The notes under the pieces were generated by a model, which searched no databases, had not been told where the DNA came from, and saw nothing but the letters and a program-made list of their open reading frames with translations. The position numbers and the translations under genes are program-made. From assembly GCA_964494545.1 (NCBI GenBank), contig CAZBRN010000001.1, positions 1-34,193 of the forward strand: a stretch of 34,193 nt of DNA, in the 5' to 3' direction. Numbering within the stretch: the first letter of the stretch is position 1; the number at the start of each line of letters is the position of its first letter. Origin of the DNA: an uncultured Candidatus Saccharibacteria bacterium. Its GTDB lineage: Bacteria; Patescibacteriota; Saccharimonadia; Saccharimonadales; AWTP1-31. This document shows, one piece after another, positions 1 through 9,165 of the stretch.

Positions 1-14
1 AAATTTTTATTGTA

Positions 15-587
15 GTGTTATCTTTTATTGCGTTGGCGAGCTTGCTTGTACTGCATCTTCCCTACATTCCGCGCTGGCGATATCTCATTTTCAAACCCAA
101 AATAAATGCCGTACCTTATCAACAAGCTGCCCAAAATACGAAGAAAAAAGATTCAGCAACGCCACTTCCCCAAGAAGTTAAAAAAGGTAATCGGCTGGTC
201 CTCCCACAAATTGGTGTTAATGCAGAGATTATTGAAGGTCGTGATATTTACGTGATTGGTAAAAACCAAGGTGTTTGGCGTGAGACGTCCAATATTGACC
301 CGACGAAAGATGGAAATATAGTTATCGCCGGTCACCGGTTCTTGTATACCGCTGCCAATGGCGGATACTTCTACAATTTACCTGAAATAAAGAATGGCGA
401 TAAGATATATATTCAATGGTCTAATAAAGTTTTTGAATATCAAGTGTATAACACTCGGACGGTACTCCCTACACAAATCGATATTCGAGATCCCGACCCT
501 CAAGTTCCTAAAAAACTTACCATGTATACCTGCTACCCTCTTGGGAGTACTGCTAAACGCTTCGTAATCGAAGCTAAGCAACTCTAA
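15..587 (+). CDS. sortase family transpeptidase (frame is open to the window edge, true start may lie upstream)
   Basis: N-terminal hydrophobic anchor LSFIALASLLVLHL; catalytic His context NIVIAGHRF; TLxTC-like Cys motif LTMYTCYP; conserved Arg KRFVIEA. GTG at 15 with no in-frame stop before it. Confidence 0.85.
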   Translation: MLSFIALASLLVLHLPYIPRWRYLIFKPKINAVPYQQAAQNTKKKDSATPLPQEVKKGNRLVLPQIGVNAEIIEGRDIYVIGKNQGVWRETSNIDPTKDGNIVIAGHRFLYTAANGGYFYNLPEIKNGDKIYIQWSNKVFEYQVYNTRTVLPTQIDIRDPDPQVPKKLTMYTCYPLGSTAKRFVIEAKQL

Positions 588-1126
588 ATATCTTTCCGCA
601 ATCGAGAGCTAAACTTTTGGCGTAACGTTGCAAGCTTTGGATTAATTATCACCTGGCAATACCCTTGCTCAGGATGTTTTTGGAAGTAATTTTGATACTC
701 GTCCTCAGCTGGATAAAACACATCCAACTCTTTTACATCTGTGACGATCGGATCATCCCACAGTTTTGCCACCTGCTTCAACGATTCATCAATACACTGC
801 TTTTGGGCATCCCCTGTGAATAAGATTATTGATCGATAATCAGTACCTTTATCATATCCTTGGTAATTAAGTGTCGTTGGGTTATGCATAGCCCAAAAAA
901 TATCAAGAATATCGGAACAGCTAATCATAGAAGGGTCATATTGTACTTTAACTACTTCAGCGTGACCCGTTTCGCCTCCCGCGACAGAATAATAATCAGG
1001 GTTCACTGTAGTGCCACCAGCATACCCAGAAATAACGTCTATCACGCCTTCTATAAGCCTAAACCCTGCGTCCAAGCACCAAAAACAACCTCCACCCAAC
1101 ACAATTGATTCAGGCGTTGCTGTCAT
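584..1126 (-). CDS. msrA: peptide-methionine (S)-S-oxide reductase MsrA
   Basis: 180 aa; active-site GGGCFWC near the N-terminus; typical MsrA length. Its stop overlaps the convergent sortase stop (584..587). Confidence 0.95.
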   Translation of the reverse strand: MTATPESIVLGGGCFWCLDAGFRLIEGVIDVISGYAGGTTVNPDYYSVAGGETGHAEVVKVQYDPSMISCSDILDIFWAMHNPTTLNYQGYDKGTDYRSIILFTGDAQKQCIDESLKQVAKLWDDPIVTDVKELDVFYPAEDEYQNYFQKHPEQGYCQVIINPKLATLRQKFSSRLRKDI

Positions 1127-1127
1127 T

Positions 1128-1430
1128 CTACTCAGATACCGTCACATCACGCCAAAAGGCAACGTAATTGCTAAAGTCTTTCTTTACTTGATCGATTGCC
1201 GTAGGTTTCGGGTTTGGATAACTGAAGGCGCTGTCTTGGCTCGTTTCTCCGTCAATTGAAATCGTAAAGTATTGGCAAACACCCTTCCATGGGCATGTGT
1301 ACGGAGTATCACTTTTTACAAGATATTCAGATTTCACTGAAGTGGGCGGAAAATACCAGTTACCTTCTATATAGATGAGGTCTTTACGATCTGCTTCGGC
1401 AATTATATGATCTTTCCAAAGAGCTTTCAT
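1128..1430 (-). CDS. DUF427 domain-containing protein
   Basis: 100 aa; YTCPWKGVCQYFTI resembles the conserved C-x-(W/Y)-K-G-x-x-x-Y core of DUF427; strong SD AAGGAGGA 4 nt upstream of the ATG. Confidence 0.7.
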   Translation of the reverse strand: MKALWKDHIIAEADRKDLIYIEGNWYFPPTSVKSEYLVKSDTPYTCPWKGVCQYFTISIDGETSQDSAFSYPNPKPTAIDQVKKDFSNYVAFWRDVTVSE

Positions 1431-1448
1431 GATTCCTCCTTATTGTAA

Positions 1449-2810
1449 TTATTCTGTTCGCAAAGCTTCGATCGGATCTAATTTTGCTGCTTTTCGTGCC
1501 GGTAGTAGTCCTGCAAAAATAGCAACGAGTACAAGAAGTACGATCAAGATAGAGATCTGCGTAATATCAAATATGAGCAGTTTCTGAGTGCCGAGATCAA
1601 GTTTCTTAGTGATCCAAGGATTGAGACCAGTCCCCAGTAAAAATGCGGCGAGAGATCCTATTGCGCCACCCAAGAATCCAATCCAAGCAGCTTCAAATCT
1701 GAATAATCTACTTATGTCTTTGCGTCGTGTCCCGAGCTCTTTCATCAGACCAATTTCACGCGTTCGCTGGAGTACGCTAATGTACATCGTATTTACAACT
1801 CCAAATACCGATGCAATAACTGCGATAAATCCAAATGCCGCTACTATGCCTTTAAGCACATCAATTATTTGGGTGAGGAATTTCTGTGTCTCTTCTACGC
1901 TTTGAGAAATGAACCCGTCACTCTTAAGTTTTGCTTGAACAGCCAAGATATTCGCTTTATTATCACCATTCTTCACTCGAGCATATGCATAGGTATACTT
2001 GCGATATTGCGTAGTGCCAGTCGTTGCGATATCGTTCAATATCTTAGCGTCTTTATTGCTTATAAATAAGTATAGTTCGGTGCCTGGTTGAGATGTTGTT
2101 GGTTTTTTTAATACAGCGGCGATCTTGAATTGCTCCTCAACCGAAGATGATTTTGCCAGATCCTGAACGCCAGCACTATCTGTCGGAACACCATCCTGTA
2201 GGAACTTCGCAATATCGATCGATTTGCGTACTGCGAGAGTAATGTTTTTGCCTATAGCATCTTGAGGATTTTTGAACCCTAAAGAGGTCACATATGCCTC
2301 AGGAAGGAGTACTGTCTTATCGGACAGAGGCTTGACGATTGCACCTGCAACGACTTCAGGATTTTGCGCAGGGCTGAAGTCTATTGCGTTAGCAACATAT
2401 TTTTTAGCACCCGGTCTCGTAATATATTGCAGGTTTAGCGTAACACCTTCGCGGACCTGTTCGACACCGGGATATTTTCTTATTTTTTCTACATCTTTAT
2501 CAGTAAGTTGTTTTATTTGAACACTTGCACCACTATTAACGGCTGCTGAACCGAATGAATCATCGTATTCTTTTGGCTTATTGGTGTCACCTCGCCCCAG
2601 AATACTTTCGTCTTTTGCAACGATAATCTCCGATGGGTCAAAGTTATCGCTTATTACCTGGTTCACAAAACTTTGAGCACCATTACTTGCCGCTAAGGTA
2701 AGCGTAAGGGCGAACGCACCGACACCAATGGCAAGTGCGGTAAGAAGCGTTCGAGCTTTGGCTTGTTTGAGATTTCGTGCACTTCGTCTGGTAGTATCTA
2801 TAATTCTCAT
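1449..2810 (-). CDS. ABC transporter permease, FtsX/MacB type
   Basis: 453 aa; one N-terminal TM, a large extracytoplasmic domain and three C-terminal TMs ending in ARKAAKLDPIEALRTE, typical of MacB/FtsX permeases; 4-nt overlap with the upstream ATPase gene. Confidence 0.85.
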   Translation of the reverse strand: MRIIDTTRRSARNLKQAKARTLLTALAIGVGAFALTLTLAASNGAQSFVNQVISDNFDPSEIIVAKDESILGRGDTNKPKEYDDSFGSAAVNSGASVQIKQLTDKDVEKIRKYPGVEQVREGVTLNLQYITRPGAKKYVANAIDFSPAQNPEVVAGAIVKPLSDKTVLLPEAYVTSLGFKNPQDAIGKNITLAVRKSIDIAKFLQDGVPTDSAGVQDLAKSSSVEEQFKIAAVLKKPTTSQPGTELYLFISNKDAKILNDIATTGTTQYRKYTYAYARVKNGDNKANILAVQAKLKSDGFISQSVEETQKFLTQIIDVLKGIVAAFGFIAVIASVFGVVNTMYISVLQRTREIGLMKELGTRRKDISRLFRFEAAWIGFLGGAIGSLAAFLLGTGLNPWITKKLDLGTQKLLIFDITQISILIVLLVLVAIFAGLLPARKAAKLDPIEALRTE

Positions 2811-3499
2811 TTTGCGCCCTTTTTCTTATCTTTAAAGTCGATTATTTTCCCATCTTTGAGAGTTATTCTGATCTGACATTTTTCTGCAAGCTCATCATCA
2901 TGGGTTACGAGAATTAAGGTATTTTTATTCGTTTTGTTTAGTTTAAAGAGCAAATCAATAATCTTATCCCCGGTAACACTGTCTAGGTTACCGGTCGGCT
3001 CATCAGCAAAAATGAGCCGAGGCTTATTAACGATCGCACGTGCAATCGCAAGACGTTGTTTTTGTCCTCCAGATAATTCACTTGCCCTTGCGTTTATTTT
3101 ATCCGCTAAATCAACGGCTGTGAGAGCCTCTAGAACTTTAGTTTTACGATTTCTGAACTCTGCAATTTCAAGAGGTAAGGATACATTTTGATAGCATGTC
3201 TGATTCGCTTCTACAAAGAAGGATTGAAAAATAAAACTCATTTCTGTCGCCCTAAATGTGTCCATAGCCTTGCCCTTAAGCTCATGGAGAACTTTGTCGG
3301 CGATCACTATCTGCCCCTCATTCGGGTGGTCGAGGCCACTCATTATGTGCATGAGGGTTGATTTACCTGACCCACTTTTTCCGATAATTGCTACCGTTGA
3401 ACCTTCGGGGATACTAAAACTTACAGAATCTAAGGCCGTGAAAAGGCTATCTTTTTTCCCATACGTCTTTGTGACATTTTTAACTTCAATCATATACAT
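2807..3499 (-). CDS. ABC transporter ATP-binding protein (MacB/LolD-like). Alternative start at 3493.
   Basis: Walker A GKSGSGKST, signature LSGGQKQR, Walker B LIFADEPT, H-loop THD. Two ATGs (3499 and 3493); the second fits a leaderless geometry. Confidence 0.93.
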   Translation of the reverse strand: MYMIEVKNVTKTYGKKDSLFTALDSVSFSIPEGSTVAIIGKSGSGKSTLMHIMSGLDHPNEGQIVIADKVLHELKGKAMDTFRATEMSFIFQSFFVEANQTCYQNVSLPLEIAEFRNRKTKVLEALTAVDLADKINARASELSGGQKQRLAIARAIVNKPRLIFADEPTGNLDSVTGDKIIDLLFKLNKTNKNTLILVTHDDELAEKCQIRITLKDGKIIDFKDKKKGAK

Positions 3500-3508
3500 A
3501 GTATATCA
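3500..3508 (-). promoter_or_regulatory. extended -10 element TGaTATACT abutting the ABC ATPase start
   Basis: Minus strand reads TGATATACT-ATGTAT-ATG; the second ATG (3493) lies 6 nt after the hexamer; no SD. Confidence 0.4.
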
Positions 3509-3527
3509 TTGAATGATGGGATGATTT

Positions 3528-5060
3528 TTATGCTTTTAGCTTAAGTCGCGCGATCAGCCAATCTCTTGGCAAGATACTCAAGAACCAACCTGCTCTTGGG
3601 CCAGATTCTTGACCAATCAATACCTGATATAGCGTAGAGAACATACTTTTAGGTGCCATTTCTAATTCGTCTTTGAGTTCATAAATAGCAGTATGAAACC
3701 ACGTACCATCTGCATCTTGTGGTGCTTTGCTTATTTTTTCACTTAGTAGCTCAAGGAATTTGTGTTGATGTTCGTCGAGGGTGACATCAGAAATATCATC
3801 TAAAAGTTTGAATTTAACATCTTCATCAGCCCAGGTATCGAGCCAGCGATCAATGTAAGCTAACTCTTTTTCAATAGTACTTGCTTGTTCACTCGCGATA
3901 TCGGCATGTTCGGTGCGAGCAATAATTTCAATTGTTTTTTTAGAATCTCGCAGCGCAGCTTGGTAGCTTGCCACAAGATGTGAAAACGGAATATTGCTAA
4001 TAGTATTTTGCTTCAATGTACTCGTACAGACGAAGAGAAGCATCTCGTCGTCAGGAGTCTTGTCTGGTTTAGCTAAAAGTTCGGCGTATTCATCAATTAA
4101 ACGAACCAAACCGTCTGTTTGACTAAAGAATAACTGCTTTTCAGGTGAACTTCGCAATATAAAATATCTGATAATTTCAGGGGGGAGTACTTCGAGAAGT
4201 TCGGATATAGTAACCGTGTTGCCGGCGCTTTTACTCATCTTTTTAGTTTCACCGCTCCGATTGATAAACTGATATGGGACAGGAATCGGCGCAAAACCCC
4301 CAAATACTCGCTCTACGATCGCCTTGCCAGTGTCATAGCTCCCGCCCTTTGTTGCGTGGTCACGACCAAACGGTTCAGCATGAACGCCAAGTTGCCACCA
4401 ACGAGCAGGCCAATCAACCCGCCAGTCCAGTTTAACATCCCCATTTGCATACGAGATCGTTTCTTCTGTATCATCTATGCCTACATAAGTGACTTCCTTT
4501 TTACTCGTGTCAATTGCCTTGAATGGGCGCTTCTTCAGGTAGCCATCAATATTAACTTGTATAGGTGACCATTCATCAGTGAGTTGCCTGCCAGAAACTT
4601 CCTCCAAGCAAGCTCTCAGTTCGGCAATATTAGCAAGAGCTTTTTCGATAGAAGGCACAAAAAAACCTGCTCGATATTTTTCATGACTGCGCACCGCTTC
4701 CATTTCAATACCCAGCGTATCTACATTGCCGATAAAATCGTTTAAGTAGTAATTGGCATATGAGTCAGAGCCAGGCTCTGGAGATGGGATATCGCAGACT
4801 GGTTTCCCTAAATAACGGCTAAAATCTTCTGGGACGCCGGCGGGTACTTTCCTGAGCCCATCCAGATCATCAACAAAGTGTATGTGTTTTACGGTACGAC
4901 CGCGTTTTTTGAGAATTATTAGAACTGCATCAGCAGTTAGTACTTCCCTGAGTGTCCCCACATGGTATCTACCGGATGGTGATACTCCCGATGAGACCAA
5001 AATATCGCCTGTGGGATAGGTCGCTTCTAGACTATCTGCTATTTTTGTTAACCATTGCAT
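3528..5060 (-). CDS. lysK: lysine--tRNA ligase, class I
   Basis: 510 aa; class I Rossmann signatures SGRYHVGTLREV (HIGH-like) and KMSKSAGN (KMSKS); overall layout of archaeal-type LysRS, not class II. Confidence 0.9.
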   Translation of the reverse strand: MQWLTKIADSLEATYPTGDILVSSGVSPSGRYHVGTLREVLTADAVLIILKKRGRTVKHIHFVDDLDGLRKVPAGVPEDFSRYLGKPVCDIPSPEPGSDSYANYYLNDFIGNVDTLGIEMEAVRSHEKYRAGFFVPSIEKALANIAELRACLEEVSGRQLTDEWSPIQVNIDGYLKKRPFKAIDTSKKEVTYVGIDDTEETISYANGDVKLDWRVDWPARWWQLGVHAEPFGRDHATKGGSYDTGKAIVERVFGGFAPIPVPYQFINRSGETKKMSKSAGNTVTISELLEVLPPEIIRYFILRSSPEKQLFFSQTDGLVRLIDEYAELLAKPDKTPDDEMLLFVCTSTLKQNTISNIPFSHLVASYQAALRDSKKTIEIIARTEHADIASEQASTIEKELAYIDRWLDTWADEDVKFKLLDDISDVTLDEHQHKFLELLSEKISKAPQDADGTWFHTAIYELKDELEMAPKSMFSTLYQVLIGQESGPRAGWFLSILPRDWLIARLKLKA

Positions 5061-5066
5061 ATAGCT

Positions 5067-5072
5067 ATTCTA
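5067..5072 (-). promoter_or_regulatory. -10-like hexamer TAGAAT 6 nt upstream of the lysK ATG
   Basis: Minus strand reads TTGGAT-18 nt-TAGAAT-AGCTAT-ATG; no SD within 15 nt of the start. Confidence 0.4.
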
Positions 5073-5130
5073 CTCTATTCACCTCTGTAAATCCAACTGT
5101 TCAATTTCACTATTTTTTTGTAAATAGTAT

Positions 5131-5592
5131 TTACGAGATATCTACAATCTTATAAGTCGTTGTTTCCGCAGGAGTTACGATTTCTACACTGTCATTTTCT
5201 TTTTTGCCGAGGAGTGCTTGTCCGATTGGAGATTCATCGGAAATCTTACCGTTAAGTGGGTCGGCTTCTACGGTGCCTACAACCTGAAACTCTTTTGTGA
5301 CACCAGCTTCACTTTTGAGTTTTACTTGTGATCCAATTTGGACTTTGCTGTCACCTATTGGTTTCTTGATAACTTCAACATTTTGAAGGATGTTTTCTAC
5401 TTCTGCGATTCGGGCCTCACAACGTTCTTGCTCGAGCCGAGCTGAGCTATATTCAGCGTTCTCGGCTAAATCACCGAACTCTCGTGCAGTTTTGATACGA
5501 TCTGCAATCGGACCACGTTCTGCAATCAAGTCGGCTAATTCTTTTTCTAATTCCGCAATTCCATCTTTGGTTAATAAATATTGTTTTTTCAT
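5131..5592 (-). CDS. greA: transcription elongation factor GreA
   Basis: 153 aa; N-terminal coiled coil (LTKDGIAELEKELADL...) and C-terminal ISDESPIGQALLGKKENDSVEI motif; SD AAGGGG. Confidence 0.95.
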   Translation of the reverse strand: MKKQYLLTKDGIAELEKELADLIAERGPIADRIKTAREFGDLAENAEYSSARLEQERCEARIAEVENILQNVEVIKKPIGDSKVQIGSQVKLKSEAGVTKEFQVVGTVEADPLNGKISDESPIGQALLGKKENDSVEIVTPAETTTYKIVDIS

Positions 5593-5626
5593 ATGTACCC
5601 CTTAATTCAATTTCACTGTGTTTACG

Positions 5627-6913
5627 TTATTTACTCGTTTCAACTGGCTGATTATCCGTCACTAACCCGGTCAGGTATTCCAGTATAGCATTATTGTCCA
5701 TCATTTTGGCTTGTTCTTGAGTCCGTTCTTTCACCTCATGATTGCCGTCAGTAATTGTCTTGCTACTTACCACAATCCGCACAGGAATCCCCATAAGATC
5801 AGCATCGGCAAATTTTTCACCGGCTCGAACATCTCGATCATCATACAGTACCTCAACACCGTTACTCGTTAATAATGAGTACAATTCATCTGCACTTTTT
5901 ATCACGTCATCATTGTCACCGAGTCGCACAAGATACACGTGAGCTGGCGCGATACCAATTGGCCAAACCAGCCCTTTTTCATCTGAAAACTTCTCGGCAA
6001 TCACACCCATTACTCTCGTTATACCAATACCGTATGACCCAAGATGAACGAACTTTTTTTCGCCTGCTTAATTCGTGTACGTAAAATCCATCTGTTCACT
6101 TTTTTCTGTGCCAAAATTAAAAATATTTCCAACTTCGCTACTCTTAACTTCTTTGAGTTCTTCTCGAGAAATGCCGAGTTTTGCCAAACTTTCATCATCG
6201 AGCACCTCTTCATTGATGGCAATGTTTTTACCTTCATGAAGATAGATAACGTCCTCTCCTGCATCACAAATTGTTTGAAATTCGTGACTAAATTTTGTGA
6301 ACGATCCGCCACTCGCATATGTCACATACGTATCGTCACCAAGGCCTAATCGATCATAAACCCTCACATACGCTTCGATGACCGATTGATAGTATGCATC
6401 GTGTTGTGCTTCGTCCGTACACATCGAGTACATATCTTTCATTATGAACTCACGGCCACGCATAATTCCACTCTTCGATCGTAGTTCATTTCGAAGTTTT
6501 ACCTGAAATTGATACACACTAACCGGTAGATTCTTATAGCTATTGATGTGCGGTTTCATCATATCAATGATCGCCTCTTCATGTGACCATGCTAGTCCAA
6601 CCTCAGTATCATCTTTAAGCTTTGTTTTAAACCAAACATCAACCACATCATCATCCCAACGTGTCGTCAGTTCCCACTTGTCTCGTGATTGAAGGTTGGT
6701 CATTATAAGCTCTTGACCCGAGACTGAACTCATCTCTTCACGAACTATCTTTTTAATCTTCTCAACAACCTTAAGACCGAGTGGTAAATAAGCATAGACT
6801 CCGGCCATTTCCTTATGAATAAAACCAGCTTGAATTAAGAGTTGTGCGTTCTTAGCAGTTTCATCAGCTGGTGAATCCTTGGTAGTCTTTGTGAATAGTT
6901 GTGTTAATCTCAT
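5627..6913 (-). pseudogene. proS: proline--tRNA ligase, a single reading frame interrupted by one in-frame TAA (6068..6070). Fragments 6071..6913 and 5627..6010. Functional status unknown.
   Basis: Both ORFs share one frame (1287 nt = 429 codons). The N-terminal fragment has class II motifs 1-2 (RNELRSKSGIMRGREFIMKDMYS). Read-through gives FTYTN*AGEKKFVHLGSYGIGITRVMG, containing motif 3. The C-terminal fragment is the anticodon-binding domain. SD AGAGGAAA. Confidence 0.85.
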
Positions 6914-6978
6914 GTTTCCTCTTTCGTTGGTATTTTAACCTATTATGCTGACGATTGGGTAAATATTATTCTTTCAAT

Positions 6979-6999
6979 AAAAAACGGCCCCTGAGGCCG
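6979..6999 (-). terminator. rho-independent terminator downstream of the CPBP gene
   Basis: Minus strand GCGGCC-UCAGG-GGCCG followed by UUUUUU (all-GC 5-bp stem 6985..6989 / 6995..6999, U6 tail 6984..6979). Confidence 0.6.
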
Positions 7000-7117
7000 C
7001 ATTGTTTTGTATCTTCAAGATATTAGGGCAGCCTACTTTGACACATACGTGTCGGGACCATACTGGGCATGAGGGTATTAAACGCTTTCATAACCTTAAC
7101 TATAGCCTTTCTATGGC

Positions 7118-7957
7118 CTATTTGACAACATGGAAGACGAAAATACTCAAAAAAGCGATGCCATTCTTTAGCGCATGAAGCGTTATAGATGACCACAAGC
7201 TTCCTGTTTTTTCTCGCAATCCTATGAGGAAAATCGAGAGTATAAATGTATCTATTGCCGCCACCCAAAGTAGTGGTTCACCTATGCCCGCTTGAAGATG
7301 AGCTACTGCAAATAACCCACTAGTTGCTACGATTGCTGCAATTTTCGGCAGCCCTTTTTTAAGCCCCGTATATAGAAATCCCCGCACCATAAGTTCTTCT
7401 GCAATCGGAGGCAAAACCACAAGACTTATGAATACTAACGGCAATTGGATATTCGAAACATCCTTGAATCCAATCTGTTGCTGCTGATCCAAATTAATCG
7501 CAGGCACGAGAGCCTTAACGACTGTAGTCGCTAGTATATACGTCACAAAATAACCTAGGAGAGCCAGGAGGGCTAATCCGATATCGCTTGCAACCACCCT
7601 TCTTCCAAGCCCAATTGTCTTGAGGGATGCCGTACGGCGTCGTAAAAACCAATAGAGCAGCCCGATACTTATTGCCTCAATTAGGACAACTGCGATAAAT
7701 TGACCTACCGCATCATTACTCAGCCAATCGATAATTCTCTGCTGATCCCATCCGAGAAGTGACGGGAACCCAAACGCGATTAAGCTTCCGATAATTTGCC
7801 CTGCAAAATATATAAATAGCGTCACTCCGACAGATTCAAGTGGCGACCACGCGAAGCGTTTTTTAGAATCGTTTGATATGGAATTTTGCCGTCCAAAAAA
7901 TGCGATAAGTCCATACAACGCTAAAACATATAGTGGCGTAGCCCAGCTAAGATTCAT
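7118..7957 (-). CDS. CPBP family intramembrane glutamic endopeptidase (CAAX protease-like)
   Basis: 279 aa polytopic; motifs IAEELMVRGFLY (EExxxR), FAVAHL (FxxxH) and HALKN (HxxxN). Confidence 0.85.
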   Translation of the reverse strand: MNLSWATPLYVLALYGLIAFFGRQNSISNDSKKRFAWSPLESVGVTLFIYFAGQIIGSLIAFGFPSLLGWDQQRIIDWLSNDAVGQFIAVVLIEAISIGLLYWFLRRRTASLKTIGLGRRVVASDIGLALLALLGYFVTYILATTVVKALVPAINLDQQQQIGFKDVSNIQLPLVFISLVVLPPIAEELMVRGFLYTGLKKGLPKIAAIVATSGLFAVAHLQAGIGEPLLWVAAIDTFILSIFLIGLREKTGSLWSSITLHALKNGIAFLSIFVFHVVK

Positions 7958-7996
7958 TTGTAATACCTGTTAGTTGGATAGTCTTCATCTTGTATA

Positions 7997-9127
7997 TTAT
8001 CTCGCTATAATCCTTTGAATGTCCACAAATGTGATCAAAAGAAATAGCAATATTAGCACCACAAAACCCGTACCATGAACTTTATCTTCAGTTGATTGTT
8101 TCAGTGGCTTTCGAATGAGTTTATAGAATAGAGTCAAGTATAGTCTTCCCCCATCAAGTGCAGGTATTGGCAAGGCGTTCATAATAGCCAGCGTAAGAGA
8201 TATAAGAGCAATGATCATGAGGACAAATCGAATTCCGAGATTGCTTGATTCTTTTAAGATCGAAAATATGCCTACAGGGCCGGATACTTGTTTACTTGCT
8301 TCGGCGCCGTTGCCTTTGACAGCATTCCCGATCATTGACCCAAGAGCTTTTAATGTTTCTGAGCTTATCTGCCGAATTAGCCCAGCAGCCACTATTGGAG
8401 CCGACCATGTCGAACGTCGCATTGTTATCTCGAATGGCGATATTCCTAAATAGCCTTTTGGATTGCCGGTATTCTTAGCCGCTTGTACAGCCTCACGGCT
8501 CAAAAGGTTTGCCTTTACGACAATTGGTTCATTATCCCTAACGGCTTCGATGACAACTTCCTGCCCAGCAAGTGCTTTCGTGACTTTTGGTAAATCATCA
8601 GTTGCGTTGATTGGATATGTAGATCCTTTGGCAGTAATTTTTACGATTTGGTCTCTTTGCTTCAGGCCTGCCTTTTCAGAAGGAGAATCTCGTTCAACAG
8701 TTCCGATAAGTACACGATTATTCGTGATTTTAGTATCTGAACCAACAGTAAACTGATTATCAATAATTTTCGGCATTCCTATGAGAGCCAGGAAGGTAAA
8801 CAGCAAGAATGCCGTTACGAGGTTCATGATTACCCCTGCAATCATAATTTGTACTTTTACACCAAGTGATGCAGCACCAAAACTTCCTTTTGCCGTAGCC
8901 GAGTCATGCTCCCCTTTGAGCCTTACGAACCCACCAAGAGGCAGCCAGTTAACAGTGAGTTCCATACCACTTGCAAGCTTTTTACCCCAAGCTTTTGGAG
9001 GAAAACCTAGTCCGAATTCTTCAACATCCACACCGCCCTTACGTGCAGCTATAAAATGGCCAAACTCGTGAACAATGACAAGGCCCATGAACATTATTAA
9101 CCCAAAAATAAGTAGAAATACTGACAT
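7997..9127 (-). CDS. rseP: RIP metalloprotease RseP (site-2 protease, M50)
   Basis: 376 aa; HEFGHF zinc motif in TM1, a central PDZ-like region, and NALPIPALDGG (NxxPxxxLDG) in the C-terminal TM. Confidence 0.9.
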   Translation of the reverse strand: MSVFLLIFGLIMFMGLVIVHEFGHFIAARKGGVDVEEFGLGFPPKAWGKKLASGMELTVNWLPLGGFVRLKGEHDSATAKGSFGAASLGVKVQIMIAGVIMNLVTAFLLFTFLALIGMPKIIDNQFTVGSDTKITNNRVLIGTVERDSPSEKAGLKQRDQIVKITAKGSTYPINATDDLPKVTKALAGQEVVIEAVRDNEPIVVKANLLSREAVQAAKNTGNPKGYLGISPFEITMRRSTWSAPIVAAGLIRQISSETLKALGSMIGNAVKGNGAEASKQVSGPVGIFSILKESSNLGIRFVLMIIALISLTLAIMNALPIPALDGGRLYLTLFYKLIRKPLKQSTEDKVHGTGFVVLILLFLLITFVDIQRIIAR

Positions 9128-9133
9128 CCTTCA

Positions 9134-9139
9134 AGTATA
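9134..9139 (-). promoter_or_regulatory. -10 hexamer TATACT 6 nt upstream of the rseP ATG
   Basis: Minus strand reads TTGTATACT-TGAAGG-ATG. Confidence 0.4.
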
Positions 9140-9165
9140 CAATACTGCTCGTGCCTTTTGACTAT

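Noticed and set aside
6068-6070. The idea that the in-frame TAA in proS reflects stop-codon reassignment.
   Set aside because: TAA is used as an ordinary terminator by other genes in this window (for example sortase 585..587, nrdR 25776..25778, map 29090..29092). An apparently normal RF1 (PST and GGQ motifs) is encoded at 12429..13490. There is no support for recoding.
6914-7117. A possible T-box leader for proS, based on UGGUCCC followed by a hairpin, with a terminator downstream.
   Set aside because: No helix flanks the UGGUCCC to form an antiterminator. The element is about 50 nt from the terminator and shares no strand with it. The terminator is about 65 nt before the proS ATG and is better explained as the CPBP gene terminator. 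There is no convincing specifier context.
6019-7268. Small ORFs in the track: 99 aa (6019..6318), 101 aa (6044..6349) and 81 aa (7023..7268).
   Set aside because: They overlap proS or the CPBP gene in other frames and have no motifs. Only the last 22 codons of the 81-aa ORF are intergenic, and these are discussed separately at low interest.
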